Assembly: GCA_022813865.1 (NCBI GenBank)
Contig: JALDZX010000065.1
Span: 62,001 to 104,074, forward strand
DNA from: Xylographa opegraphella
Taxonomy: Eukaryota
DNA length: 42,074 nt
Reading direction: 5' to 3'
Shown here: positions 10,012-24,340 of the stretch, piece after piece
How positions within the stretch are numbered: the first letter of the stretch is position 1
Layout of the letters: each line of letters starts with the position of its first letter
The notes under the pieces: generated by a model
Databases searched by the model: none
Seen by the model: only the letters and a program-made list of their open reading frames with translations
Told to the model about the DNA's origin: nothing
Translations under genes and position numbers: made by a program

Positions 10012-12980
10012 CTATGTGTAAATACTCTCCGTGTAGGCATTCAGTTGCAGTCCCTTCTCAGCCATTTCGGCGTTCATCAGGAAATCCAACGGCATCCAAA
10101 CCAGGTGTCCTGCGATAATTATCAGAAGCTGCGTGGGGATGCGTGCATGACGGAGCGTACCTTTGATCTGATCGAGTTTCTGTCTCACCTCTGCGACCGG
10201 CATATACGGATCGTGTAGATGCCCCTGCTTGATGTTGTTCTTGGGCAGGAAATTCTGATAGTCATCGAACGTTTTGACTGCGGGAAAACAAGTTAGCTTC
10301 TCTCTTGCATGAAGCCCACGCAATTTGAGTGCCGCGTTATGCAGGACACCAAAATCAACCGCGGCAGATGAACAACCCTCGCATTGCATGACGCAGGTAA
10401 ACTTGAGGATTTCATGCATTGGGACGAAACGGGCGATTCGACCACGGTTGTCCATGAAAGGGCACCTACTATCATCATCAGGATCTGCGCGAAACAGATG
10501 CCGATACATTTTCGTGTTTTCCGTCGCATTGGCCGTCCACATATTCCAAACTTCATCGCTGAGAGGATCGGCCACAAATTCGTATTCGGGACCTTCAAAG
10601 ACGTGATTGGGTATCTCGGGCGGCTGTGCGTTAGGATCCTTGGAGGCATCGAGATCTTGAGCCGGAAGGAGGCCGAGGTGTTCTCTCCACAGGGTGCGCC
10701 GCAAGGAGGCTGCATGGCGTCCGGCTTTGTAGGGATTTCCATCCATGGTGCTGTCGATGTAATCATAGTCCTCCATCACTATCGCTAACTCGCTGTCATG
10801 GATGCCTAATTGTGACTTGCAGGGTCAGCAAAGATCCGTGAAGCGGTCAAGGCGGACTCACACGGTCATTGATGTTGGCGCTCCCACATATCACAATCTA
10901 TGCCCAAAGATTAGAACATTCGCACATAGACATTGCAGCAACCGAAACTCACCTGATCGTCAACAATGCATACTTTGGCATGTATGTATAGCTCTTCCTG
11001 AACAAAGTTTTCCTTCTCTTGCTCCGGATCACCTTCCCAGCTCTGCTCCGAGACCTTTCCACCATTCAGCATAGTGGTTGGTGCAATAGTATCTTTGGTT
11101 TTGCCCTGCTTTTCACTAGTTCCCGCATCCTCACGTGATGCCTCGAATTTCCTTTTCGAATCAGTGTTGGCCTCTACGTTCTCATTCCCAGAATCATCGT
11201 CTCCCGAGTCGTGCTGATTTATTCCAGGGACGACTGAGTCCTCAGGATTTTCGGAACCATGTACGCCTCCACTCATGATCTCCTCGGCTTCGGCCCGCTG
11301 CACATCCTGATATTTCACCCCGGATTTTTCTTCTTGTCTCACCATTGCTTGAGTCTTATTCAAGCGATCATAAGTGCGAAGGTTGAAGACGAATAAATGT
11401 TGTCTCGGATCGACTCCTTGGGCTTTGATCTGACCAGAAATGGAGTGCTCACCGCGGAGTAATGATTTGTACTGATAATCCATGATTGCCCTGGTGCCCA
11501 TTGCGGCGTCTTCGCGTAAATCGCCTGCAAAGCCAGGAATGGCTGGGATAACGATGATTACACGGAACTTCCGTCCTTCCTTGCCGGCCAATACACAAGC
11601 ATCCACAATCGCTCGACCAATAACGTTGTGTATAGGAGCTTGTGTGTCTCCAGTCGCGGTGATGAAGAATTGATTCTCGATGTAGACGTAATGCTTGGCA
11701 TTCCTGATCACTTCACAGTACGCGTTTTGAATGCTGTGCTCGGTCAGGATGCCACTGCTCCAGTCGGCGCTACTTCTTACGACCTGTGCATGGATGGTGC
11801 CTTGATTCTCGTGGGCCCACGGCTTGGTAGAGAGAGGTGTTAGGGGATGATGGGTATACTTTCCGACGGGAAATTTAGGCCTCTGCACACCGATCAGATC
11901 CTCATTCTCTCCTTCTCGGCCTTCGAGTGTCAACCAGTCGTATTTCTCGTCTCTTTTGTACTTGTCGCGCTTCACAAAGTTCCATCTCAAAACAAAATGC
12001 TCTGCGATGTCATACACACAGTCCCCGACCACTCCCATGGCAACATCATGCCACGGCATGCGGCCGTACTCCGCTTTACTCAGTTCGTTCGCCTTCCAGT
12101 TATCGACTGTCTGGAAGTCCATGATCCGATTATTGTTGAAGTCTTGACCGGGCCATATTTCGTTCTGAACACCAGCCGGGTGGACGTCTGCCAAGGGATG
12201 CTGATGATTGTCCCATCTCCCGAAGCAGAGGTCCAAGCCGCCGATAAAGGCAATAGCATAATCGATGACAATGAATTTCTCGTGGTGGGCCCAATAGAAT
12301 GTCATGTCGGAAACATTTTCGAAAACATTGTGATCCGGGTGCCGCATCACGGTGATGTTGCCATACCCAGGAGTTCCCTTGGGGCAAAGTGCCTCAAGAG
12401 CATGCTTAGTGTGTAAACTGTTACATGTAATTGCCGCTTCTACCTCCTTGTAGACAACCACGAAGATCTTCACTCCGGCTTCGGCCCGCCTCTTCAGGAT
12501 TTGATCCAACCTCCACTCCTGGGCAAAGTATGGTGGCCGCCTCAAGAATAACTCTGGACTTAACCACCAGTCCTCGATGTAGATCGTCTCTTTGGCCCTT
12601 TCCAAAGCAATGGACACGGCGTAAAAGTAATCTTGGCCATCGATGTACCACTTGATCTTGTTTCCGTCACGCTCCGGTGCGAAGGACTCAAAGCGATGGC
12701 TTTCTGCAACGCGAGTCCGTTTTTCGTCCGTAGCTTTCTCATGTGCCTCGTCGTGGCGATGATTCGAGTTGAAAAGGTTCTGGAGCTTGCCCATCTTGTT
12801 CTTGAAGTGGACTGCTTTGACTCGGGCATCGCGAAGATGTGTATCTACGGCAGTTCATATCAGCAAACGGACGGAAGTGTCGACGGGACGCTCACTCTCG
12901 AGCTTGTTGCTTAGGCTTGAGAAGGGGTGCTTGAACTTGTCACTGAACGAGTGGCCATCGCCTTTGTCTGCGACTGCCAT
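10012..12980 (-). CDS. Phospholipase D (two HKD motifs, no PX/PH domains); 6 exons
   Basis: HKD1 is HHEKFIVID plus GGLDLCFGRWD; HKD2 is YIHAKVCIVDD/IVICGSANINDRSQLG. Also RMPWHDV and YIENQFF. ATG at 12980 is spliced through intron 12895-12845 into the 627-aa ORF; later introns start at 10952, ~10862, 10469 and 10160. Confidence 0.93.
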
Positions 12981-13723
12981 CGGAACGGGCGTCTTCCTCG
13001 TGGAAGTCAAACCACGATGGGAGTCTTGACGATACGAAGGGTCGCTCTTTCAGGTCGGGTCGGGCCACGAGCAGTTGCGCAGATGGAATCCGGAGTCTCT
13101 GAGATTCTTCTCCCTATTGCGCGAAAAGTATTGCTGGTGGTGAAATTGACAAACAGCCACGCACGCATCTCTTGGAACGGATGGAGCAAAGGCTTGGCTG
13201 CCGCTTGGCTTTCTTGCTTGGCCTTGATTCATGACATTCGGACCCCGCCGTGAGAAATGTTGCACGGTGGGGCAATCAATGCGCCGTGACGACACCGGCC
13301 TATTGGAGGCCGACCGCTAATCTGATCCGACCTCCAGCGGGCTGCTTGGGCGTGGCTAGGCCAATTTCAGCTATCGCACCAGCTAATTCCGAAACATTTA
13401 GCGAGTCCGGTCCACTACGATCAGGGCTCAATGTTGATGAACGTCCCGCTGGAAGAGAGAAAACATTGCTTCACCAGCCCACGACAGAAGGCCTTGTCGA
13501 GAGTTGGCTGCTTCATCCACAGCCCCAAATGTGCTACATCTATACATACATTCTCCACGCCGCGACAGCAGCACAGCGACCTGTCTCCGCCATCCAGGTT
13601 TGCTGTCGCGGACGCAACGGTGTCCCAGAGCCCATGTGCAATAATGCTACGGAACAAATGGCGCTAAATCGCTGGCAGCAGAACAAGATACCAAATTCAC
13701 GGCTCCCCCGAAACGATCCTCCG

Positions 13724-16700
13724 TTACCGACTGCCGACCCGGCTGGCTCGTCGTCCAAAGTAGGTGAAGGACAAGCTGCGTGGGCTGGTCGGCGTTTGGA
13801 CCGGCGTTGGCACCGCGGCCATTCCCATGCGGATCTCTCCGATCCGGCGGAGAAGACCCTGCAGAGCGAGCCGGATCTCCAGGCCCAGGTCCCGGTTAAG
13901 CAGCTCCACCGCCAGCGGATAGAAGGTCTCGATGTGCTTCTCGAAGTCGTGCCGCGGGAAATTGGTGTAGCCTTCCATCACGTCAACGACGACGGGCCGC
14001 CACGCCACAATGTTGCGGTGTTGAGTCTCTTCGTCCAGGATGACATAACTGTGGATGATGTCCGCACACAGGCTGGCGGGGGCTGTCAGCAGAGTTATGG
14101 TCCGACACGCCGGAAGTAACTTACGGGATCAAGGCTGCCTCGGTCTCCGCTCGGTTCCTGCGCCGCTCCTCGCCCTCGTCGAAGTACATGCGGACCAGGA
14201 TGCTCACGTACGTTGCGGCACTCCCGCTCTCTTGCTTCAGCAAGTTCGGCGGCTGTTTCATGAAGCCCTCTCGCCAAAGCCGCATGCGAAGGTCTTTGTC
14301 GTTGTTGAACTTCTTGGCGAAGGAGTAGCTTTTCTTAAGCAATGCCATCAGACGGAGCAGCTCGGGACTAGGAATCTGGGCGTAGACATCGTTATTGGAG
14401 AACAATTCGTTCACCGTCTCAATCATGAGAAGCTGCAAAACACAGCGAGTGATGATCTTGTTGAAAAAGCGGCGACGCGCCGCGGTCACAACCACAGGTT
14501 GCTCTTGAGGGCCTGCTTGAGGACGATAGTCCTCGAGCTCGGATGCTTCTGAAGTATGGTTGTGTGCCTGTGGTGACAGGTTGCGATGCGCCGAAGCTGC
14601 TCTTTGGGAGCGTTCTTGACTTTCCATCCTGCTGTTGACACCATTTGGTTTTATGCTTCCAGACGACCTTGACGGACGTTCGTCGCCAGTGGTCTCGCTG
14701 AGAGGAAGACCTTCAGGTTCGATGGTAGACGGTCTTCTACCACCGTCGTCTTCCGAAATGTAAGAAGAATTTGAGGATGATGTAGCGGCGGTGAAGAGCT
14801 GATAAGCTGTCGTACGATCAAACAATTCGACGAAAGCGGAAACTATCTGGTGCCAGTGCTCCAATTGAAACTTCACAACGTTCTGAAGGATCAGCGTCTG
14901 TAAGCAGTTGCTCCCTATTCTAGCGATTGTGTCGTTTTCTTGGCAAATACACAGCGCAAGAAGGTCCAAGAAACGGTCCAGCATGTACTCTAGCGATTCG
15001 AAATAATGGGTGAATAACGTAATCATATTTCGGAGAGCCTGAATCATAGTTGTCGAGAGCCAGACAGAAAGGTCTTCGTGGTTGAGGACCTTGGTCATCT
15101 CCGACTTCGATTTGAGAACCATGAAGATCGGATAGAGTAATTGCCGCCAAAGAATGTCCCAAAATTCGGGGGGGAAGTCGCCTCCATATCTAATCAGTGT
15201 ATCAAAGAGGTAATTAAGGGCTCTATATCTTCATGTTAGCAAAAAAGAAAACAAAGACTATAGATTGGTCCTGTAGACTGACTGTGACCGAACTTCTAAA
15301 TCATCTCCAGTCATTAGCACGTCATGGAAGGCAAACAAAACTGGAAACCAAAACTGCTCCTCTTGGGTTTGACGGCTGGCAGTCCGCGCGACTACAGTAT
15401 TTTCATGGTTTGCATTGTGTCCCAGTCCATCAGCTCGGTGAGAAAGTGGGCATTCCGGCGTCTTTAGCATGCGTGGAACTGTCGATTTCAAGGTTTCGAT
15501 GGCTTGCAAGGATTTCTTTTGGAATTTGAGATTCTTAGAAAATTCTGTAAGACAAACCACTAGATCTGCGAAGGCGCCTTGAGAGATCACGACTCCAAAT
15601 CTGGTATTGTAGATCTGTGTGACCTGCTCAAAGGCAACATTGACAAGAGACTCTACAATGATGTTAGCTGGGCATAGGATCTACGTGGTGGAATTGCTTA
15701 CCATATGGTTCCCGGGCAGCCACAGTAAAGACGCCAAACATGGTTTTCCAACCAGATCGAATATTGTCTCCCCGTGCCTGGATCATCTGAATCAGACATC
15801 GGAGTACCATATCTTTGACAGCGACGGTAGAGCTGTTGGCCATAACGTGCTCGAAAGGCTTCAAGAAATCCTTTTGAAACTTGAAACCCGGTAGTTCTTC
15901 AATCTCCATAAATCTCATCGATAACTGCCTAAGCGAATCCAGTGCAAAGTATACAACATTTGTATTTGAGTGACACCCGACTTGATTGAAGTGCTCCCCT
16001 AAGACTTGCCAAATGTTTGTCCATTCAAAGCGAACCCTGGTCATGTTGTAGTAGCTTATCTCAACAAGTTTCTGCAAGCTGTAGGTGCGCGGGGAGTCAC
16101 TTTGTCCGGACGACTGGATCTCTTGCCAACTTACTTCGCTCAAGGCACGGACAAAGTGGATTATCGCATCTCCTGAAAGTTCGGCGGTACCCGTAAAAAT
16201 ACGATCGACGCTCTTGATCATATCTGTAGACCGACTCTCCTGAGCAACATCAAACTGGTAATTTGAACTTGAGGTGCTCGATGGGGGACGAGGTCTTCTC
16301 GCCCCTTGGACTGTTCTTCGACTAGCTGCAGGTGACGATTTAGGATGGACAATACTCGCTTTGCGTACATCAGGCACAACCTCTTCGTCTACACCACCAG
16401 AGATTAGCTGAAATCGATCGAGCTGACTGATACAGGTAAGAACATCACTCCATGAACTCTTGAGCATGTTGCCTTCCAGGAGAGCTACTTCGAGTAACGC
16501 CTTCAAAGCCTCAAGGTTTTTTGCCATCATATCCCGAAGATTGCCCAGATTTGTAAAATTCGCAAGAGCAGTTACAAAGGCCACACGTGGTGTCTCAAGA
16601 TCGAATAAACAAGCTATTCGGATGGCTAGCTTGATGCCTTCCATACAGGTTTTGATGGTTTCGAGGTTCTGAGTCGTTTGCATCTGGCCAGAGAAACCAG

Positions 16701-19700
16701 ACAGAAAAGACATCCATGTGACATCGAACATGGGACCAACGTGCTTAAACGAAGTTGCGGGTATATATTGGAAAGTGCCTGGTTTAACAGCCATCTTGCG
16801 TTGCGACCTTATCAGACTGCGCAATCTCTGCTCAGCCTTACTTGACATTTCTTGATCTGCTTGTTGAGCCGCTTCTTTCTCAAGATCACGGGTGAAGAGG
16901 ACCTGTCCAGCTCTGGACGCGATACCTCCACTGTTAGCTTGCACAGTGATCCCCAGTGCAGCAGCATGTTCGCGTTCGGTATTCAGAACAATTTCGTTCT
17001 GTCCAATCTCCTCGTAAATACTGACGAGGTATTCGTCAGGTAGATCGGCGCTGTCATTAATGCCTCTGTTATTTTTGATGAAGTCCTCTTTGGTCATTCG
17101 TGCTCCCCTTAATTTGGAACTATGCTGATCCGTGTTGAGCATGATGACCGAATACGCAAGAACGTAAGCAGTGTCAGCATTGGCAAAAGCGTTAGGGTTT
17201 CCTGTTATATATCTTTCTGCAAACTTGAGCATGAATCGATCGATTTTCTGGGCTTCTCCAGGAAGTCGAAAACTTTGAAGAAATTGCCTTAGAGCATCCA
17301 CGAAGCGACGTTTTGCAAAGTCCATTGAATCAACAAACGCGTGCATTATGGCCACATTTTGAGGTTCGCCTTCACCAAGATATTCACCAATCATAGCTTT
17401 GTCCAATTGGTCGTTCTGCACAATAAAGGCAGCAACATCTTCCGGGGAATCACTGGCAATAAAACCGTCCTGGATAAGTGCTTTTATACCACGTTTTGGT
17501 TTGAAGTTGAATTGACGTATGCCATTAATCAACGCTGTCTTGCGCAGTTTGGCTTTTTCGAGTTGACTGGGATCATCATCCAGTAATGGTGTTGTGGGAG
17601 CAACTGAGATGTCTGAAGCAGATGGACGTGGAGACACACCCCCATGGCCAGGATCGAGAGAATTTCTTAGCCCGTCTATGGAAGATTTTGAAACCGAATT
17701 GTCAACCTTGGCGGCTGAGACTACCAGTGTCTCTTGTGCCCAGTTTACCAGTGATCGCAGTGTTCGGACTAAGCATTCCAGAGACTGCTGCTTCAGTACA
17801 AAGTCCACAGGTAGTTCCGAATCTTGAAAGGCGTGGCCGGTAAGGCCCACTGTTGTCAATGAAGGTGGAAGTTTCCCATGATCACGCCAGTCAACATCTG
17901 ATTCCATGTCCCTTCCATATTGCTCCTGGTATAGCTGCTGCTGTTGTGGGGAAGCCAGTATGGAAGAGCTTGATATCTTTGAAAGGTGCTCGATCGTCCG
18001 CTGGAACATGTTGTCAAGGGCCGATCGATCACAATCATAATTCAAGTACAGCTCAACAACAGCTTTGGGGTCGCTAGAAAGGCGTCGTAGAATCTTCATT
18101 ATGTATATCTTCTGGAAACTTGGTGCGTTACGCCGCTCTAATATTGTAAGATAAATCTCTTTCAAAAATACTTCTATTTCTTTCTATGAAAAGTTAGCTA
18201 TTGCAGCGATATGAATACATTTATACTGGTACCTTGAGCATCACTCTCATATCCTTCAGCATCAGCCAGAAAATCTCACAGCTTGTTTCAAAAACTTGTC
18301 GTACGGAGCTTGCTCCGTTCCGACTGACGGATAGCCTGAGATATTGGTTGATAGCTTGTCCAAAGCTCGTGGGCTCATTGTTAACACTACTCCTTATAGT
18401 GACAAGTGGGGATGTAAATACATCCATATTGTTGTTCATCAAGGTCCGAATTATCGCAAGCGATATCAGTTTCGACCGCATATCTCGAGACTTGACATCT
18501 TGCAATTGTTCCGGTGTCAGAGTTTTGGTACTTAACCTACACATTGAGCGGAAGACTAGAAAAGCATCCTTAACATAGATTTCATCCTCGTCATCTTCTT
18601 CGGACTCGTGATCGGTTTGCTCTTCATAAGCCTGCTGGCCAGAGCTGGTACTTTGACTGTTGGAATTTGCCTTAACTCGTGTAACCATTGTAGGTGCATT
18701 GTCCCCAATCCTTGTATCATCGAAGTTCTTTACATTTTCGAAACTCTGTAGTGTTAGTTGCTCACCGGGCTCTTTGGTGACGGCTGGATCTGACGTGAAG
18801 ATTGAATTACCCACCGAAGAGCCGTCACCATCTGCGGCATTCTCAAGAACTTCGGCAGAGTCGGCGACTGAACTTGTACCATTAAGATCAGCCTGACTAC
18901 CATCTGCTGTGCCTCGCTCGGAAGTAGGTTTGCCTGTATTTATTCTGGAATCTTTCATAGCCAAACGCGTCTTGACTCGCTCAAATACTGTGCCTACCAT
19001 CTGTGTGAGTGTTCCTTGGGCGACTTGTTGATTCGCACTTGATTTGGATAGAAGAAAGATGTTGTAGATCTGTCGGACGGCTTTGAGTAAACCAGCGCCA
19101 TGAACAATGATCTTGTCATTTAGGACTGCAGCCAACAGAGATTTCACAATTTGCAATTGTACTTCCGCTGGTGTGGCTTCGTCCTGAAAGCAATCACAGA
19201 TAGTGTCTATGGCCCGTTCAATTAGTGGAATCTGAGGCTGCTGTGGGATAACAGAAGGTTCTTGTTGAAACGCAGGCATCGAGAAATAGGAGTATGTGAT
19301 CAGCTTGCCAATACAATCAAGCGCCGTAGTAGTTAAAGGGATGCTGGGTGTCTCTGTAGCAAGGCGAAGCGGCTCGAAAATGAGTTCCGGGCTTGGGGAA
19401 GCATCTGATTTGATTGCGTTCAACGCACTTTGAACTGAATCGCCCAGCCCTTTCCTCTTTCGAGCTTCTTTAGAAGCCGCAATAGTTTCTAGGGCGGTAG
19501 CAACGAATACCATGGAACTTAACGCTGAAGACCTTCGCGAGATATCACTTGTGTTGCTCATTGACGTATTTGTGCGCTCGATCGGCCTCGAATGGGCTCC
19601 ATTCGATGTTCCACGCTGTATGTCCGACAGAGCATTCGGGCTTTGTGGAGGAGATAAATCGGGTCCGGCCTGGCCTTCCCCAGCCTGGACTGGAGGACTA

Positions 19701-20023
19701 TCTATATCGGGCCGCTCCTCAGCGGAGGTTGTAGATTTTGGTGTCTTGTGGGTCTCGGGAGGACCATCTTGTGGACTGAAGAAGCCATTTCTTGGAACGT
19801 GGTCTCGCTCATCAATACTGCCGGGACTTTGCACATCCTGCTCTGCCTTGCTACCTATCTTGAGCTTTTCCCATTTACTTTCGGTCTTTAGCTGCTCCTT
19901 GTCGCCATTCAGAATTTCCCCAGGATTTTCTGTAGCCTCGGTGGTTCCGTTGCGCTCATCACGGCTCTCCTCTTGAACTTCTTGTTGTCGGAGCGCCTCA
20001 CCCGGGTGACCATTGCAGTACAT
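13724..20023 (-). CDS. SEC7: Arf guanine-nucleotide exchange factor Sec7/BIG; exons 20023-18233, 18183-15702, 15652-15283, 15222-14125, 14072-13724
   Basis: DCB and HUS (LNYDCD) regions, Sec7 domain with FRLPGEAQKIDR and YSVIMLNTDQH, HDS domains and a C-terminal PNLLKQE. Four GT-AG introns join the ORF pieces in frame. Confidence 0.96.
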
Positions 20024-20409
20024 TCTTGAAAGGATCTATCCATAAGCCCGACTGTCAGTTATGTTTGAAACAAGTCACCAACACAATCTCCATCTGTGTA
20101 AAAGGAATGAGTTGCTAGGTGTAAAGTGTTGCAACTTCGTGGCTCGGCGCCGGAACCTATGAATAATGCTTAAGTGTTCTTGAGCTCTGGGATGATACGG
20201 AACTAGCCGTAGACCCTGTCCAACCTTAAATCGGGTCGTTGGCCGGCGTGGAAGCACTAGACGTTCAGTAAAGGAAAATAGTCTCAATAGTCTCAACAGC
20301 TTCTCATTACTTTCGTTTGTACCCCGAATCGAAGTCGAGGGCACTTCGCAGACCGCTGTCTTTGTCACTTTCTGCGATCCATTGCTGCCACTCCGAATTC
20401 TACGGTATC

Positions 20410-22104
20410 ATGTCTGCGGCGGCAGTATTGAGCCGAGCCTCAATACGATCATGCTCACGGCCTTTCTATAGCTCCAATGCAATCACATCTCTATGCGGAG
20501 GTTATCATGTCGCGCAGTATGAATTCCAAAGCTACCTACTTAGCTTATCCCGTGAAATTGGAGCGGCTTACTTATTTTACCTCTCAGCAGATGTTCCCCG
20601 GTTCTCCCTGCCCTTTCCCGGTACTATGCCTCGAAATGTAAGGGCACCCAAGTTATAGATCAAGTCCGAGATACTGATATCGAGAAGCGTTTCCTCCGCA
20701 TACCGTCGTCACTATGCCTGCGCTATCGCCAACTATGACAGCTGGCAACATAGGAACATGGCAGAAGAAAGCCGGCGATACAATTGCTCCTGGAGATGTT
20801 CTGGTCGAGATCGAGACGGACAAGGCTCAGATGGACTTCGAGTTTCAGGAAGATGGTGTACTGGCAAAGATCTTAAAAGAAGCTGGGGAAAAGGATGTCG
20901 CTGTCGGAAATGTGAGTTAATTGTTCGTATGTGACGGCTCTACTGACGCGACTTTTAGCCAATCGCTGTTATGATCGAAGAGGGGGCAGACGTCGCTCCT
21001 TTCGAATCATTTACCCTCGAGGATGCTGGTGGAGAGAAAGCTCCACCGAAAGAGGCACCCAAGGAGGAAGCTCTTGAATCTTCAGAACCGTCAGACTCTG
21101 GCTCTCAGACCTCACCCTCCACACTTGACAAAAGCACATCGAAAGCCGAACCAAAAAGTGAGGCCCCAGAAGAGTGTCAGGAGGCCGAGTCGTCAGGTGG
21201 AAGACTTCAGACTAGCTTAGATCGGGAACCCAACGCAAGTCCATTGGCAAAGGCGATGGCTCTCGACAAAGGGGTTCCGCTTAAAGCTATCAAAGGTACT
21301 GGGCCTAATGGGCGCATTACCAAGCAGGATATTGAGAAATACCAGCCGCCATCCAGCTCAGCTCCAGCAGCATCTGGAGCAACGGCCGCCCCATCTTACG
21401 AAGATATCCCCGCCAGCTCGATGCGTAAGACGATTGCAAACCGTCTCGTACAATCTATGAACCAAAATCCACACTACTTTGTATCTACCACTTTGTCTGT
21501 TACAAAACTCCTTAAGCTAAGACAAGCGCTCAATGCTTCCGCGGACGGTAAATACAAGCTTTCAGTCAACGACTTCCTTGTAAAAGCCTGCGCTGTAGCT
21601 TGCAAAAAGGTACCAGCCGTCAACTCAAGCTGGAGAGAGGTAGGAGGTCAAACAGTTATCCGCCAGCACAATACCGTGGACGTCAGTGTCGCGGTAGCAA
21701 CTCCTATCGGCCTCATGACGCCGATAGTGAGGGGTGTTGATGGCCTAGGACTTCAGAGTATCTCGGCACAAATCAAAGACCTCGGTAAGCGAGCTCGTGA
21801 CGGGAAACTAAAGCCAGAAGAGTATCAGGGTGGCACCTTCACGATCAGTAATATGGGTATGAATGCAGCAGTCGAGCGGTTTACAGCAGTCATCAATCCC
21901 CCTCAAGCCGGTATCCTTGCCGTGGGCACGACACGAAAGGTCGCCATACCAGCCGAAGGCGAAGAAGGTACAGGAGTCGATTGGGATGATCAGATTGTGG
22001 TAACGGGAAGCTTCGATCACAAAGTCGTGGACGGAGCGGTGGGTGGAGAATGGATACGAGAGCTGAAGAAGGTGGTGGAGAATCCTTTGGAGCTGATGCT
22101 ATAA
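20410..22104 (+). CDS. LAT1: Pyruvate dehydrogenase E2, dihydrolipoamide acetyltransferase (mitochondrial)
   Basis: Ser/Arg-rich presequence from ATG 20410, lipoyl domain MPALSPTM...EIETDKA, E3-binding ASPLAK...GTGPNGRI and catalytic FDHKVVDG. Three introns; the first intron's boundaries are less certain. Confidence 0.94.
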
Positions 22105-22537
22105 ATAGGGAGTATCATAGATGCTTTGGAGTTGCACTTGCATAGAGGCTTTTTTATGTCCTGCTTCCACGTAGAGCAGAGAAATGAAAAAAGCGTAATG
22201 TACGACTATCTGCTGTACAGTTCATCGTGGCTTTGCACGTCCACCCTTCTTCACGTGGTTGCGTCGTCCGAATAATGGACGACATCAAGTGCTAGTTATC
22301 GAGCAGGAGCATTTCGCAAGCAAAGCCTTTCCAGAATGTGAGGAAAGCGACTGCGAACCGCGTACAGTTCGCTCTCACTTTAGAAATGCAGTGTAGATGA
22401 CAAAACATTGAGCCGAAAATTCTATGTAGCGTAAATGCCGATTCTATCCAGCGCCGCGAAAATGCTTATGTTAGACTCCGCTGTTCGTGATACACCTTCT
22501 ACAACCTTTGTACAGATGAAGAGAAGTCAGACCTTTA

Positions 22538-23881
22538 TTATACAATAGCCGCCCCATCGTTGTCGCCAACTAGTGGATGTACCTCCATTTGTCGTAACAA
22601 GGCCTGATACAGTACGAGCATCGTCCCACTCTGAACACTTGTCCACACAGCTCGCGGTCCAACGCCCCGAAACCAACCTGCGATACCTTCTGTCTTGTAG
22701 AGAAGCTTCAGACCAGTAAGAACTGAAGAAGTGTCCAAACTCACTGAACCTGGTTTGCGTACTGAAGTGCTTGGTGATGACGTGGATATGTGCCGCCTCT
22801 GCTGGGCGACCTTTTCACTTGCTGATGATAGTGCTCCGATCCTTCCATTATCTTGCATTGGCGAAGGTGAGGTAGACTGTTGCTGCAAATTCGTAGCTCT
22901 ACTGGGAGGATGGGTGACCGCATGAGGGTTGAGCTGAGTTTGAATCCTTGTCTTCACCACATCCAATGGGCATGTTAGTACTCCTGCCATACCACCTGCC
23001 GTGGCGCCAGTCAATATTTCCAAGCCCAGTCCTATATCTCGCTTTCCCACCCAGTGCTTTGCCCAAGTTTGCTCCTGCTCATAAAACGCAAATTGGAGGG
23101 CAGAGAAAGGGAGGTCCCGAAAAATAGTTGCTTTGTATCCGTGAAAAAGCGCTAGCATGCCTTCCTGTCTAATTATGGTGCGAGCGGCGTCGACGGTAGA
23201 TCGGTAGTTGTAACCAGAAGAAAAGAATGGATTATTGTAGCGGCCTTGGAGCTGAAGTCGAGTTTTTAAAACCTCCGACGGAACATACACGAATGAAGCA
23301 GCAAAGTCGGCGATAAAACCTCCAGCTAAGTATGCAAGGGAGTGGTGAACTCCATTGTCTATCAAATGTCTCTTGCTATACTCGTATGTCCCGAAGAATA
23401 TTACGGTGCCGGGGAACGAGCCTAAGAACGCGGGTGTAACACCACTGTAGAGCCCTCGTCGAAATCCCTCTTGCCGGAAAATAGTGGCGTAGGATGAGGA
23501 CATTGACGAATACCTCGGCGGAATGTGTGTGTCGCCCTGCTGACGGGTTTTGACTGTGTCGAGTGAATGCATGAGGAGATCGCCTGTTGTTCCACCAATT
23601 CCCCCCGCGATCATGGACTAAGAGAATGATTAGTATCTTAATTTGTGACAACAACCTCCAAGCACGCTACTTACGTGTAAGTACGGTGGACGATCCTCGA
23701 TTTCTTCCTCCTCCAAGGTCCGAGACATCTTAATATCTCTGAATCCAATAGCAGACATACGTTCGCCGATAGCATCACGGGCATTTTCGCCAACAGTCAC
23801 TGCTGGACGATCATCCGTTGAGGCAAGATGAGGAACTTGATTTGATGAAAATAGGTTGACCAGACGGGAGGCCAGGGACAT
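22538..23881 (-). CDS. MME1: Mitochondrial carrier family protein, MME1/YMR166C-like
   Basis: Three carrier repeats ([31 protein letters not shown]). Exon 1 (23881 to ~23675, ending RPPYLH/GTAAGT) splices to SMIAGGIGG. The orthologue name is inferred from remembered similarity. Confidence 0.85.
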
Positions 23882-24340
23882 TGCCCTTCACTCCCTCAAA
23901 CCGGAGAGTATTGAGCAACTGTAGCTACAGACGGGTCATCTCAGAAGCAAGGGTCTCATTATTCCCTAGAAGCCTGGCACGGCGACATGAAACGATAAAT
24001 ATTATGAACCTCATAAATTCTGTGATGCAATTTGGATGTCCAGCGGCGACGGAATGACAATACGCCGACGGCATTTCAACCACTAGCTTCTTTTGTGGCA
24101 CGGAATACGCACGGTAATCTGCGGATCCGCTCACCCATGCAATCTGGGGTTCGAGTCAAGTCAAGCTCCATCATCACCTATTTCTATTTTCGTACCCCCG
24201 TATCCTTCCATTAATGACTGATAGCTCAGTGCGCTTACTGGAACCCAATGCGCAACACAGTCACTACCTCTTGGACAGATAGTTTACGCGACTCGAGGGC
24301 ACAGCGTTAGACACAAAGATCGCGACCCCCAACGCTCAAC

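Noticed and set aside
13250..14552. Plus-strand ORFs of 289 and 165 aa
   Set aside because: Antisense shadows of the GC-rich SEC7 3' exons.
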